Positions 24,771 through 36,977 are shown, numbered from the whole stretch's first letter. The stretch: 63,423 nt of DNA, filler included, from Globobulimina sp. (GCA_003354225.1; 46 parts of 46 records of this genome joined end to end with filler, not necessarily neighbours in it), one strand, 5' to 3'. The notes: generated by a model not told the origin, from the sequence alone. A program made the numbers and translations.

Positions 24771-24870
24771 NNNNNNNNNNNNNNNNNNNNNNNNNNNNNN
24801 NNNNNNNNNNNNNNTTAATTAATTAANNNNNNNNNNNNNNNNNNNNNNNNNNNNNNNNNNNNNNNNNNNN

Positions 24871-25141
24871 AAAAGAACCCGGGCATAACCATACATTTTT
24901 TGATATGCAGGAGGGACGTTTTTGTAGCAACCAGCCACTTCATCCAAACTATATCACCGGGGAAGTGACAAAAATCCTAAAACAAATCCAGGAAACAAAA
25001 TTCGAAGATTCGGTTACTCTTAAAATCAATAACAAAACACGAAAAACAATTTTAGAAGCACTCATTAATTATTATAGTATCCATATACCTTCTTTTGGTG
25101 AGTTTAAGTCGGTAGAGGTATTGTCTGTTGTGTTAGATTGA
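24871..25141 (+). CDS. recO: DNA repair protein RecO, C-terminal part (Bacteroidota-like)
   Basis: FDMQEGRF...R..IL..LINYYSIHIPSFGEFKSVEVL. Confidence 0.8.
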
Positions 25142-25220
25142 TTGGTTTGTAATTATAGTGAGTTTTGAATTTTAGTTATAATGAAAAGCTATTCATGGAT
25201 TCAACATTACTGTTAATGAA

Positions 25221-25919
25221 TTATCCAAATTCCATCCCAAAAACATTATAAAATTCATCTTTTAACAAGCTCTGAACTTCTTGAATATCAACATATTTTC
25301 CAAGTTCATTTTGTAAAGATGTAACACTTTTTCCTTGTATGCCACATGGAACAATATATCCGAAATAATCCAGGTTTGTGTTGATATTGAATGCAAATCC
25401 ATGCATACTAACCCAATGGCTTGTTCGTACTCCCATAGCACTTATTTTTCTCGATTTTACAGGATGATCTGCATCTAACCAAACTCCGGTAGCACCTTGC
25501 GATCTTGTGGCAACAATATTAAAATGCTTTAATGTGCGAATTATTACTTCTTCAAGTCCGTAAATATAATTTTTAATGGAAACCCCAAAATTGTCGAGGT
25601 CTAATATGGGGTATCCTACAATTTGTCCCGGTCCGTGATATGTTATGTCACCACCCCGATTTATTTTAAATAATGAAGCTCCTTTGCTTTTGAGAAATTC
25701 ATCGCTAATAAGGAGGTTTTCCTGTTTGCCACTTTTCCCCATGGTGTAAACATGTGGATGTTCGCAAAACAGCAAGTAATTAGGAGTAGGTTGTTTAATT
25801 TCTGACTTGCGGTTCGCCTCTTTTACAGCTACTATCTCATTGAATAGCTTTTCCTGATATTCCCAGGCCTCTTTATAATCCATAAGGCCTATGTTTTTAA
25901 ATATTGTTTTCTTATTCAA
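25221..25919 (-). CDS. lipB: Lipoyl(octanoyl) transferase
   Basis: CEHPHVYTMG, RGGDITYHGPGQIVGYPI, KISAMG, HGFAFN and IVPCGI. Confidence 0.97.
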   Translation of the reverse strand: MNKKTIFKNIGLMDYKEAWEYQEKLFNEIVAVKEANRKSEIKQPTPNYLLFCEHPHVYTMGKSGKQENLLISDEFLKSKGASLFKINRGGDITYHGPGQIVGYPILDLDNFGVSIKNYIYGLEEVIIRTLKHFNIVATRSQGATGVWLDADHPVKSRKISAMGVRTSHWVSMHGFAFNINTNLDYFGYIVPCGIQGKSVTSLQNELGKYVDIQEVQSLLKDEFYNVFGMEFG

Positions 25920-25964
25920 ATTACTTTATAGTTTATTTTCAATCAACCAACTACTATTCATTAT

Positions 25965-26151
25965 TCACAAACCAACATGTTTTTCAGCACGATAGGATGA
26001 CCTTACAAGCGGACTGCTTTCAACGAACCTGAAACCCAGTTCTAATCCTTTTTTGCGATATTCTTCAAATTGCTTCGGAGTTATATATTCTTTCACCATC
26101 AAATGTTTTTTTGTTGGTTGCAGATATTGCCCTATTGTAACCACGTCAACG
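25965..26151 (-). CDS. lipA: Lipoyl synthase, C-terminal part
   Basis: Manual translation [17 protein letters not shown]...[19 protein letters not shown]; lies directly upstream of lipB. Confidence 0.93.
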
Positions 26152-26258
26152 NNNNNNNNNNNNNNNNNNNNNNNNNNNNNNNNNNNNNNNNNNNNTTAAT
26201 TAATTAANNNNNNNNNNNNNNNNNNNNNNNNNNNNNNNNNNNNNNNNNNNNTAAATAA

Positions 26259-26326
26259 GTCGCCTCAGGGATTGAACCTGAATCTTCTGGCTACATTCAA
26301 GCAGTGCTCTACTTGAGCTATGCGAC
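26259..26326 (-). pseudogene. Degenerate tRNA or tRNA-derived element
   Basis: GTCGCA TA GCTC AAGTA GAGC A CTGCTTGAATGTAGCCAG AAGAT TCAGG TTCAATC CCTGA GGCGAC: D and T arms intact, acceptor and anticodon arms imperfect. Confidence 0.65.
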
Positions 26327-26353
26327 AATTCGTTGTTTACCAAAATAAGATGT

Positions 26354-26714
26354 TTATTGGTGGGATTTGTCTTTGTTTTTGTCTCTCATTGTTGGTGGAT
26401 TTGTGTTTGTTTTTATCTCTCATTGTTGGTGGGATTTGCGTTTGTTTTTGTATCTCTCATTGTTGGCGGATTTGTGTTTGTTTTTTGTCTGTCATTGTTG
26501 GCGGATTTGCGTTTGTTTTTGTCTCTCATTCTTGGTGGATTTGCGTTTGTTTTTTATCTCTCATTATTGGCGGATTTACGTTTGTTTTGTCTGTCATTAT
26601 TGGTGGGATTTGCGTTTGTTCTATCTCTCATTATTGGTGGATTTGTGTTTGTTTTTGTCTGTCATTGTTGTTGTGATATCTGCTGTTGTTTTGGTGTGTC
26701 ATTATTGGTGGGGT
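26354..26714. repeat. Minisatellite, about 10 copies of a 33-37 bp unit (TTRTTGGYGGATTTGYGTTTGTTTTTRTCTSTCA)
   Basis: Head-to-tail units with no spacers; explains the spurious Cys/Phe/Val-rich ORFs in three frames. Confidence 0.92.
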
Positions 26715-29334
26715 TCAGCGCTAGTTTTTGCGCTTCGTTGTTGATTAATTGTTCACCGCGGCATGGAAAATTGTGACATGATAAAATGTGTTTGAATTGT
26801 TACTGCTGAAAACTTTGCTAAGTCAACAATGGTATAATCAGCAGTTTGGAGAAACGTTTTTAAAAAAGGCAGTTTCAATTAGTTTTAGACTAATTTGAAG
26901 GCGCTTGATTCAATGGTGATGTTTATTTAACAATTTATTGTCACCAATCCCCACTTTCCTTACCGCAGTATTAAAGCTTTTTTCATAGTCAAAAAAAAAA
27001 TCTTTTTCTTGAAAACTGTCTTTAACTCCGATATCCGCCAAAGCATAGTCCAATGCAAAGTCCGCTGCATTCTCCATAAAAAATTACCCAATTTCCATAT
27101 GAAACTTTTGTATTTGCTCCATTTGTTTTCTGTGCAGCAGCGCAACGAGTCCATAGTACTTATTTTCCAAATACAGGCAAAGCACAGTAAAACATTATAT
27201 CTGTATATATTTTATTTGTTTTTTGATTTTGTTTTTGCTAAAATGACTTAACTGTGCCACTTTATTCTAAATTTTTGATTGTGATTCGATTCAATGTGAT
27301 AATTAATGCCAATAATTTCGCACCGCATTAATGAGTGAATAAAACATGGCAAATCAACTTAAATCAACAATTTTTGAAATAAAAAGGAAATAATAACCAT
27401 TTACGACAATATGTGATGTGATTATGCTCGATTTGAGGTGGAATTCATTGTATAATTATAAATAACTTAATGTATACAATAACGCAAAATCGCAATATTT
27501 TGATAATAATACAAATGATACAATGACAAAAANNNNNNNNNNNNNNNNNNNNNNNNNNNNNNNNNNNNNNNNNNNNTTAATTAATTAANNNNNNNNNNNN
27601 NNNNNNNNNNNNNNNNNNNNNNNNNNNNNNNNTTGATCTGTTAATAGGTTTACCAAATGTTATATTGTATGATACAACAAAAGAGAAACGAATTGATTTA
27701 TCATTGTTAACTGGCCAAAAAGCAAAAGAATTCAATGCTGAGTCTGTTTTTATTGTCTCCAATCCGCAGACTGCATACAATGTTGCAAACTATGTCAATA
27801 AAAAAGGGATTCCTGTATTTGCATCTAATTTTGATGTATAACTGTCTGAGACTCTGAGACCTATTAATTTTAATATTACATATATATTTTATAATTTTTG
27901 TATTGTTATTATTTTTTTGTATTAATTACATTTGTATGATTTATATTGCATTATTATACGTATTATTGTATTTTTAAATTTCTTTTTGAAGAAATACCAT
28001 ATTTTATTGTCAATACAAATACCACAGAAAAACCGCGTACTGATAAAAACCCTTTCTGAAAAACGTTATATGGCAAGAAACCAGAAATGCGTCTGTCTTT
28101 GTACCAATTGTGCTGTAAATACCATTGATTTGCAAACACAATATGGACAAATAGAAACAATATACGGTCATATGACAACGCTATACTGTCAGATAGAAAC
28201 AGAATAAGGTCAAATGGAAACAGTATTTGTAGACTTGCGAATATGAGCAGTATATTGTTTCAGTTGACATACAACCTTGTTTTAGATTTATTGCCATATT
28301 ACAATATTAATTATTAATATTGCGGTATTGAAAACATATAAAATGCAAACACATAATACTTAATAATTTACAAATTGAATGGTTTAAAGAGAATCAATTT
28401 GAGTGACAAAGTTTAAATTAAAATCAAATTGTTTTGTATACCGATCGACATTGTTACACGCTTTAATATGTTGCTCCTCGTTTTTATGTTCACCCCATGG
28501 GAAATTGTCCAAATACCAATTAATTGCTTTTAATGTCAGTATTTTGATTGAATTTGTATTTGAATATTTTTTTTGAGAATTCATGTTTTGTTTTATTTTG
28601 AAATTCAATCTGTTGTTTATTCTTATTGTCATTTGATAAATATTCAGAAATCAAATATGATAAATCCTTTAACGTTTCCTTTGATTTTTTTTGATTAAAC
28701 TTAATTTCGTCCAATTTTGTGTTAATATTAGTTGTATATGTCGTAGTTAACGATTTCAACGCATTCAACTTATGCAAAATATGCGAAAAGTTATTCGGTC
28801 GAAACTCGGGTATTTCCTGCCAGCACATTTGAATTAATATAAATAACGGCAGCGGCATTAATTCATAATATGATGTTATATTTGGTCTCTTTGACAAACC
28901 TAATATTTCGATANNNNNNNNNNNNNNNNNNNNNNNNNNNNNNNNNNNNNNNNNNNNTTAATTAATTAANNNNNNNNNNNNNNNNNNNNNNNNNNNNNNN
29001 NNNNNNNNNNNNNAAATAAAATCATGATCAAAAAAATACCAATGTGTACTTTTGCTATGACTCAAAAAAAAAAAGAAGTCCCAGCTGCTGAGTTATTTAT
29101 CGATGAAAGTCAATTAAAGTAATCAAATACCGCCACGATTACACCACTATTACACCGGATATTATGTGCAGTATAATTTTCATCCATAGCACTGATAGCA
29201 GCTAATTGGCTGATATCAAAATTGAGGTGAGCTAGCGTAGGACGGTAGGATCTGTGAAAACCTTTCTGTGAAAACCTTTCAAGTAAAGTATAAGTCCAAA
29301 ATAATTAATTCAAAAACATAAACACAAATTACAA

Positions 29335-30294
29335 TCATTCCAAAAACGATGTAACAGCCTTCTCATCATTCGTCCTCTCCGTCTCATCACCACCACTGCA
29401 CGACAACTGTCGATCAAAATTATCCTTCGAAGCCTCGCCATATCCATCAAACTCTGAAATCAATCTATCCAACTCATTATTATATGCATAATTATTCTCA
29501 AAAAGTCTATTTTTCCTCTCGGCCTCCCTCCTTTCCCTCCATTCCTCCTCTCTCTTTCCCTGCATTCTTTTCATTTCCATCCGCTCCCTTTCTGCCTCCT
29601 CTTTACGTCTGCCTTTGGCGCGAATCTCTGGCAAAACAGCTCTGTAAACCGCCATTGTTGAGATCGCATCGATGACCGAGTCATGCGCCGCAGTCTGAAT
29701 ATGAATCCCCAAATATAATTCCAACAAAAACTTCAAAGACCGGGGCTTTCTTTTGTCATCATGCAACAACTCACACTGCGCAGTATCAAAAAACCACGAT
29801 TCATTGCTCTTTCTCTGCAACAATTTCCTCATTCTGCGGTTGCTCAATTTCTCTCCATTCTGCACTCTAACCGTCGAATAAAAAAGTTTCCGCAACACAT
29901 TCGCGCATTTAATCACTGCAAAATCGTGATTTATACTGTGGCCAATCACCTTTCTGCCCTTCAATAACCTGATTATTTCTTCTTGGCATTGCTCAAATGG
30001 GATACCAAAATTAGTTAAGTCTTGCTTGGTAATGCCGGTAATGTCCTCGCGGTAATCTGTAATCTGCGAACATTGCGGGTCGTGTTGCGGTGTCACAAAT
30101 TGGTCATACACCACTTCACCAAAATAGTTGACAATGCTGATGCGCGCCAACACCGATTTGTCATTGGCGCCAAAGCCAACCATCTCGCAGTCCAAAGCCA
30201 TGACATTGGTGGGTTTGGCGGAGGGTTTTACCGCATGCAGTTTTGATGACTTTTGGCTGTGTTCTGGATGGTTTATAGGCGTTATCATTTTGAA
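29335..30294 (-). CDS. REX4-like DEDDh 3'-5' exonuclease (5' partial)
   Basis: ALDCEMVG, ARISIVN, IGHSINHDF and HDSVIDA. Confidence 0.9.
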   Translation of the reverse strand, partial: FKMITPINHPEHSQKSSKLHAVKPSAKPTNVMALDCEMVGFGANDKSVLARISIVNYFGEVVYDQFVTPQHDPQCSQITDYREDITGITKQDLTNFGIPFEQCQEEIIRLLKGRKVIGHSINHDFAVIKCANVLRKLFYSTVRVQNGEKLSNRRMRKLLQRKSNESWFFDTAQCELLHDDKRKPRSLKFLLELYLGIHIQTAAHDSVIDAISTMAVYRAVLPEIRAKGRRKEEAERERMEMKRMQGKREEEWRERREAERKNRLFENNYAYNNELDRLISEFDGYGEASKDNFDRQLSCSGGDETERTNDEKAVTSFLE

Positions 30295-30394
30295 NNNNNN
30301 NNNNNNNNNNNNNNNNNNNNNNNNNNNNNNNNNNNNNNTTAATTAATTAANNNNNNNNNNNNNNNNNNNNNNNNNNNNNNNNNNNNNNNNNNNN

Positions 30395-30689
30395 CTTCCT
30401 CTGCTACGATTATATGTTTTGCTTTTTGTGTCTTTTGAATGGCAGAAACCACCAAAGGAGCTGACAAAGGCTGAGATGCGAATAAATCTGATATTAATTT
30501 AATAAATGACGGAGAATTCGTTGATATGGAATCTCTATCGGTCATGCCATGCTTTATCAAGAATTGTTTGGCCTGTTCGAGATGGTTTGCTTCGATCCAT
30601 TTCTCAAAATCAAAATCATCTGCACCTTCAACTTGAATTTGGTCATGGATTGTTTCTTCGAGACTTGCCATTATCTCTACACCCAACAA
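30395..30689 (-). CDS. Hypothetical protein with a SAM-like N-terminus (3' partial)
   Basis: FEKWIEANHLEQAKQFLIKHGM. Confidence 0.45.
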
Positions 30690-30830
30690 ACACTTTTTTG
30701 CTTAAGTTTTTTTCTGTGTTAATATATTTTAAGAATGCAAAAGTGTGAGAAGCTTGTATGAAAATGCTCTTATAATTATGGCATGTATGTTTTCTATCAC
30801 AAAATATATTTTATCTGCACCAGGATGAAG

Positions 30831-31675
30831 CTATACCATTTTGAATAAGCCATAATGGAGCACTTTGCCAACATAATTTTGATTATTTAACATTTTGACA
30901 ACATAATGTTTCTCAACGAACGTAGCAAATTTCCTCCACATTCTATTGGCTTTTAATTGATGCAATTGTCCGACCACAACCAATCCATATTTGGCTCTGG
31001 TTAATGCCACATTGACTCTGGCTAAAAACGAAGTTGATGTATTATCTGTCCGTACAAATGATAAAATAATTAATTTCTTCTCTTTTCCTTGGAAGCAGTC
31101 CACTGTGCTCACCTCAATGCCTTTAGTCAATACCTTGTCATTGTGAGCCAATACATTCTTCATTCTGCCAACCTGAGCTTTATGCATTGCAATAATGCCA
31201 ATGTCTGTTCCTTTAATCGCATTATTTCTGCACAACACACCAGATATTATATCATTGATATATATACTCACATTCCGACAGATTATAATATTAAACTCAT
31301 TCCGTTTGTTTTGCATTGCTGCGAATAATCCAATGAGACAAACAGCACTGACTTATCCTCGTACTTCCAATCAATGCCATTTATCAGATGCTTGCCCTCA
31401 TTCTCCCGATTCATGTCTGTCTCAATACATTTGCCATAAAAACACTCGTTGCAAAATTGCATCATAAACTCCTTCATTCTGTACTGTACATTCAATAATG
31501 TATAGTTTATCTGTGTCTGACTCTCATTTTTCTTTTCTAATTGCAATTGTTTATATAATTCGTCATTATCCTTTTTCTCATCTATCATTTTCTGGATTTT
31601 ATCTTCATTTTCTTTAAATTGCGGCGCGTTTCTCAGCGCTTCTGCACATGTCTTAAATCCAAATGCAATCTCATT
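30831..31675 (-). pseudogene. Upf1/DNA2-like SF1 helicase C-terminal domain (AAA_12), frameshifted
   Basis: LNVQYRM in one frame, YYNLSECEYI in a second, and IGIIA..KAQV / STVDCFQGKEK / RVNVALTRAK in a third. Confidence 0.75.
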
Positions 31676-31775
31676 NNNNNNNNNNNNNNNNNNNNNNNNN
31701 NNNNNNNNNNNNNNNNNNNTTAATTAATTAANNNNNNNNNNNNNNNNNNNNNNNNNNNNNNNNNNNNNNNNNNNN

Positions 31776-33056
31776 CATCCTCATCGTCTTGATGACAGTC
31801 CAATAGACTCTAATTCCTCAAATCCGAAGCATCGGAATATTCTAAATTGCTAAGATGACAATTCCATAAATTACACTCTTCCACACTCATACTACTTTTT
31901 TCCTTTTTTTGCTGCAAATAGTCATTCAAACGCTGTCCTAACGATATGTCATTAGCTGCCTCCTTGCTATGTTTGTCTTTGCTGATCGTATCCAACAACG
32001 CATTAAACTCTTTCTCCACTCTCTCGTCCAAATCTTCATCCACTTTACGACCGCAATAATCAAACATTTCAATAGTGCCAGACGTGGAATGTAGCGTTAA
32101 TTTCAACCGCGACACTAACCGCGTCAACGGGTTACGGTCCACGCCGTGAATCCAACCACCACCGACATCGCAGCCATGGTTGCAATCCAAACCCAACGAG
32201 TAATCAGTTAAAATCCTGCCGCCTGCTCGAGGTCGAGCCTATGTGTCATTAAACGCACATTTTGCACAGTTTCCACATGAAATATCAAGGCCAACTGGCA
32301 ATTGCAGGCCTGTGCAAGGATAAAATAAACAGACTAAACTTCCAAAACAACGACATTGAAGCCATAGTTCATCAGCTCCCTCGCACAAGAAAGGCCGGAG
32401 ATGCCTGCCCCGATCACGATGACTGTTCTTTTTTTATCGAAGTTCTGATTTCGAATCTTCTGCAAAGGATAAACGGCTTTCAAATCGAGGATGGATTTGT
32501 TGTTACATTTCTTGGTGATGGCATTGTTGTTATTGGCGTTATATTTATATTTGCGTTGCTGTTTATTATTTTTAGTGCAATTGTTTTTGTTGGAATGTAT
32601 TAAATTGATATGAGATTCGGGGGTGGCGAGCTTCTGCGCAGTATCACCAATTAATGTCCATGGCGGGAGATCGGCGCTGCTCTGTTTCATCTCAATCGGT
32701 TTCCTTGTGTCAAATTGGCAAAGGTTTAATAATTTTAGTATGTCGTTGGAGTGGTTGATGGTTTGCTTTTCGATGGAAAGTAAATCGTTATCAAAGGCAA
32801 TGGCGGTCAAATTGTTGCCGTTTATATTGATATTTGTAATACAGCCATTTTTGAAGGTTTCTAATACTTTGCCGGATAGAATTTTACTGCCAATTTCAAT
32901 CTCATTTTCGTCACATAGAAATTCGACGGTTTCATGGCCAGATTGGGTAAGGTTTAACCATTCAGATTCTCCGTCGTCATACACAATCAATGATTCATTT
33001 GTAGACGACTCGAAATCGCGTATTATGCCATAATACCATTGTTTATCTCCATTCCA
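31776..33056 (-). CDS. LSD1/KDM1-like flavin amine oxidase preceded by a Tudor-like domain; intron 32239-32339; in-frame TAG at 31810-31812
   Basis: WYYGII...IVYDDGESEWLNL; VIVIGAGISGL; spliced LE-ARPRAGGRI; GGGWIHG..NPL; NLEYS...*SLL..QDD. Confidence 0.8.
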
Positions 33057-33156
33057 NNNNNNNNNNNNNNNNNNNNNNNNNNNNNNNNNNNNNNNNNNNN
33101 TTAATTAATTAANNNNNNNNNNNNNNNNNNNNNNNNNNNNNNNNNNNNNNNNNNNN

Positions 33157-34249
33157 CACTTTTATGTCGCATTGTAATAGATGTACTATTAATTTTGAAA
33201 ATAAGTCTTTGTGGAACCTCTGCCATTGCATTTCCTTTGTCAATTATTGTTAATCCACAACCTGTTCTGGCTTGAGCATATTCCACATATGAATCAATAG
33301 GACAAACAAACTTGTTTGTGTTGCTCATCATATCCAGAAGAGTTGTAATATTTTTCTCAATCACCACTGGATTGTTCTTTGTAGCTTCGCGAAGTGATTT
33401 GAAATATGAATTATTGGAATATCTCATTTCGTGGTAGAACCAACTTGCATTGGTCAAGGTAATCAGGGACAATTTCTTATCTTTGATCAATTTTATCAGT
33501 TGCTGCTGATTTTGAAATGGAATGTAATGAACAGGATGCAGCAATCTAGTAAGAAGAGTCCCTTCATACAAACTGAAGAATAATGTGCCACTGAATCCAA
33601 GCATTATAAGAAGAAAATTTATACCAGCAAATCTTGTTCTTATCAAATTGTCATAGCAAAGTAGGTTCCAGAAACTATTTTCTTTGGTCTTTTCATCTTT
33701 CATCAATCTTTGACAAAGAAGTAATGTTGTTATCAAGAGAAAAACCAAAACGCAACATCCAAACCAGAGATCCATTGAAAATGTTTTGAAAGCCGACAAT
33801 GAGATGGACGAGAAATCAGCCTTTTGTTTCTGGATTGCAAATGCTGTGGTTACTTCTCTCAATGGTAAACTAAATCCAACTTCTTTTCTTCGGGATGCCG
33901 TTTGCATCCATGCCCCCATATTGGTATCAATGATTCCATTTTTGGTATCCTTGTAAATTTGAGTCCAACTTGAATATTGAATAAGTTCATATGGTTCATT
34001 GAGAAGAAATAACAAATGATCTACTATTTCAGCCATAGATCCAGGTCTAGGACAATCCTCTCGCCTGGACAGATTTTCCAATGAACAGTTGGATGTTTCT
34101 TGTTCATAGACACTTATACCAATGCGTAGTACCATCTCATTTGAATGACGATTGCACTCTTTTGATGAGATAATCTGGAATGGATGGTTTCTGCTCCAAA
34201 GCACCCTCTCACTCATTATTGTCATGAGACAAAGGCTGTCTGCCAACAT
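33157..34249 (-). CDS. Ionotropic receptor/iGluR-like ligand-gated channel (probably animal), partial
   Basis: W.QT.SRRKEVGFSLP; pre-M1 F.TFSMDLW; M3-like FSLYEGTLLTRL followed by PF. Confidence 0.65.
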
Positions 34250-34537
34250 GGATCAAATTCAAATATGTGTGATTGGTTTATTGTTGACATACTCATATGC
34301 AAACTTCAGTAATTTTATAGATGGAAAACCATCCAGCATGCATAAGGAAGGACGTAATGGAACATTATCAAACATTGAGGAAATACATTCAGATCAGATG
34401 TACCAAGAAATATCAACAAAATATATTTTCTGGCATTNNNNNNNNNNNNNNNNNNNNNNNNNNNNNNNNNNNNNNNNNNNNTTAATTAATTAANNNNNNN
34501 NNNNNNNNNNNNNNNNNNNNNNNNNNNNNNNNNNNNN

Positions 34538-34814
34538 TTCAGGATACCATACCATGTTTTTTCTAGCTGGTTTGGCTGCAATTCCTAAAGACTATTTTGA
34601 GGCCGCCCGGGTTGATGGGGCTAATGAATGGCAAATGTTTTGGCGTGTAACTTTACCCCGCCTCCGCCCCATTTTTGTAATCCTGGTCGTCCTCCGTTTT
34701 GGCACCTCAATGGCAGTTATTGATGAGTTTCTAATTATGGGCAGTTTAAACCGTGCGTTGCCAACCTACACCTGGACAGTTTATATGTGGCAAACACAAG
34801 CTAGGCTTCAATGA
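34538..34814 (+). CDS. Bacterial carbohydrate ABC transporter permease fragment
   Basis: FLAGLAAIPKDYFEAARVDGANEWQMFWRVTLP (EAA motif). Confidence 0.9.
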
Positions 34815-34821
34815 GAGTGTA

Positions 34822-35367
34822 TTAACCATTTAGTCTTTTTTCTTGTCGTTCAAATCGCTCTTTTCTGATTTTAACCTGTTCGATATAATTTCTATTCTGA
34901 TTGGTCCACACATCGGGCGGTGGTATTAATGGATCCCTCCATGTGTCATCCTGTAATGATAAATTATGAAAGTCCCAACTTCTAACCCAATGTCCAACAT
35001 ATTGAATTTGAAAAAACCATGGGATACACGCCCACACAAATACTCCTGAAATGGTCACCAAATGATGGAATAATGCGAATTTGCGATGTATAAATTAAAG
35101 AAACATACCAACAAACCACCATTCAAAGGCAACCCAAATAAACCATTTTCCGCCACCTTCCAATCTGGTGAATGGATTTAATCTGATTCTTGCTCTGGCG
35201 ACATCAATGCCCATTCTTTGCCAAAATAAACTATGTGAACGGTGTATATTAGTTGATAATATGGGTGCGGATCTATTCAAACATGGATTTCCAAATAATT
35301 GTGATTTCCCACCAACACCCATTATGCGTGAATTATACAATAATTTATTTGCATTCTTAAATATCAT
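34822..35367 (-). CDS. Complete small membrane protein with a mitochondrial presequence-like N-terminus; intron 35046-35108
   Basis: A 63-nt GT-AG intron joins the two ORFs in frame (WWFVG-VFVWACIPW); basic N-terminus with no acidic residues. Confidence 0.7.
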
Positions 35368-36071
35368 TATCTCCCACTAGTTAGTTATTTCCCTTTGACT
35401 CCTGATTCGACAATTGTGGATTGTCAAAGTGACTTCAGCAGTTTTTAAGATAACTTTGTTCAAGAGCATATCACATACAAGCGTTTGCCGAATCGGAGTG
35501 AAAAAATATTAAAAATAAAATGTTAGCAGAGATGGTTTCATCTGTTTTTCATCTGTTTTTAGTGTGCCCATTACAGTTTTTTCATATAATGTTATATTTA
35601 AAAACTGCAAATTCATCGGTTTTAATCGGAAAAACAGATGAAAATTTGATATAATGATAAACGTGTTCCCGATGGAAAAAATAGGTTCCAAGCGAACAGA
35701 AACAAACTGCCTTTGTTCATGTGCTACTACATTTAACATTATCATAAAGAATGTTAAATGTTACATTATGTGTTTTGTTATTTTTTGAAAAAATATTGTT
35801 TGTCACATTATAATAATANNNNNNNNNNNNNNNNNNNNNNNNNNNNNNNNNNNNNNNNNNNNTTAATTAATTAANNNNNNNNNNNNNNNNNNNNNNNNNN
35901 NNNNNNNNNNNNNNNNNNAAATAACTTTAAAAGTCCACCCAAATAAATCATCATCGATTCCAAAACGTTTTTTAATTTTTGCTTTTGTTTTGATTATAAG
36001 AGCAATAAATCATATAAATTAAAAATAACAGAAAAAAGAAAGAAATAAAAAAGAAATAAATGTACCTCATG

Positions 36072-36977
36072 TTACAACTGACATATTTTATTTAAACATT
36101 TCGAATCATTTTCGTCATTAAAATACAACTCAACTTTTACATTGGAATACAAGTTTAACGCTTTAAATTTATACGTGACAAATGCCTTACATTCGTCATA
36201 AGCATTTGTGCCATCATACTTATTAAACGACGCACACACAGACAACGCCACATTTTTCGCCAATTTGCGTTTAAATTGTTCGATCTCATCAAACACTAAC
36301 AATACATGTCCAGGTTTTGATTTATGTTTCTTCAAAAATAAAGAATAATCCTTCAGGAACCATTGAAATAATTTAACTGTTCGGCTCATTTTATTTGCGT
36401 CTGTTTTTGCATCCAGTTCATTATAACACGACAAATTCACCAAAAATAAGGTAGCCATCGAATATTTGAAGCAATACGACAGCTCTTTGTGGCGAAAACA
36501 TTCTTTGTTGTTGGTGATGGACCAACATTTGCGATAAATGGAGGAAATATTCAATAAATTGAAGATATGTTTGGGATTATGAATGGACCGCATTTTGTAC
36601 GAATTGATATGGACCGTAGGAATGTAGCAAAATGATTTCATGAATGTCACGATATCCGTTGGGAACTCGTCACCGTATTTATATTTATAATTTTGTCGGA
36701 ACCAACCTTGTAATAACACGTCGTAATCGACTATTTTCCAATGTTTTATAAGTTTAAAAAAAGTTGGCTCATCGATCGCTTTCATCACATTGCAAGGGAG
36801 GTCGTTTGGTGTTGACTCTTTTATTGCTAATGCGCCAAAATTGTATTTCGAACGAATAAAGGAATTGTTGCACGTATTCATATACAACACAGACTGCAAT
36901 TTGTTGATAAATTCCTCCTCGAATTTTGAGGTTAATCCGACAAGCAATAATTTCTTTTCTTTTTTGATGGCATTCAA
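36072..36977 (-). CDS. Highly divergent G-alpha-like protein
   Basis: KKLLLVG; RKCW; LFLVNLSCYNE; NKMSRTVKLF; YDG.N.YDE...F...F. Confidence 0.65.
   Translation of the reverse strand: MNAIKKEKKLLLVGLTSKFEEEFINKLQSVLYMNTCNNSFIRSKYNFGALAIKESTPNDLPCNVMKAIDEPTFFKLIKHWKIVDYDVLLQGWFRQNYKYKYGDEFPTDIVTFMKSFCYIPTVHINSYKMRSIHNPKHIFNLLNISSIYRKCWSITNNKECFRHKELSYCFKYSMATLFLVNLSCYNELDAKTDANKMSRTVKLFQWFLKDYSLFLKKHKSKPGHVLLVFDEIEQFKRKLAKNVALSVCASFNKYDGTNAYDECKAFVTYKFKALNLYSNVKVELYFNDENDSKCLNKICQL

Noticed and set aside
23490..26151. Polinton carrying lipoate genes
   Set aside because: A spacer separates the polB contig from the bacterial recO-lipB-lipA contig.
26320..26776. Three overlapping hydrophobic ORFs, or a CRISPR array
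   Set aside because: They are translations of a head-to-tail minisatellite with no unique spacers, and no cas genes are present.
28139..28222. Four degenerate 21-bp repeats (QYGQIET-like heptads)
   Set aside because: Short, degenerate and interrupted by a stop; no function can be supported.
22618..31812. Alternative genetic code suggested by in-frame TGA/TAG in three contigs
   Set aside because: TGA, TAA and TAG all end intact genes elsewhere (EB1, PCBD, dioxygenase). The affected contigs have different likely sources and some also carry frameshifts, so decay or sequencing error is simpler.
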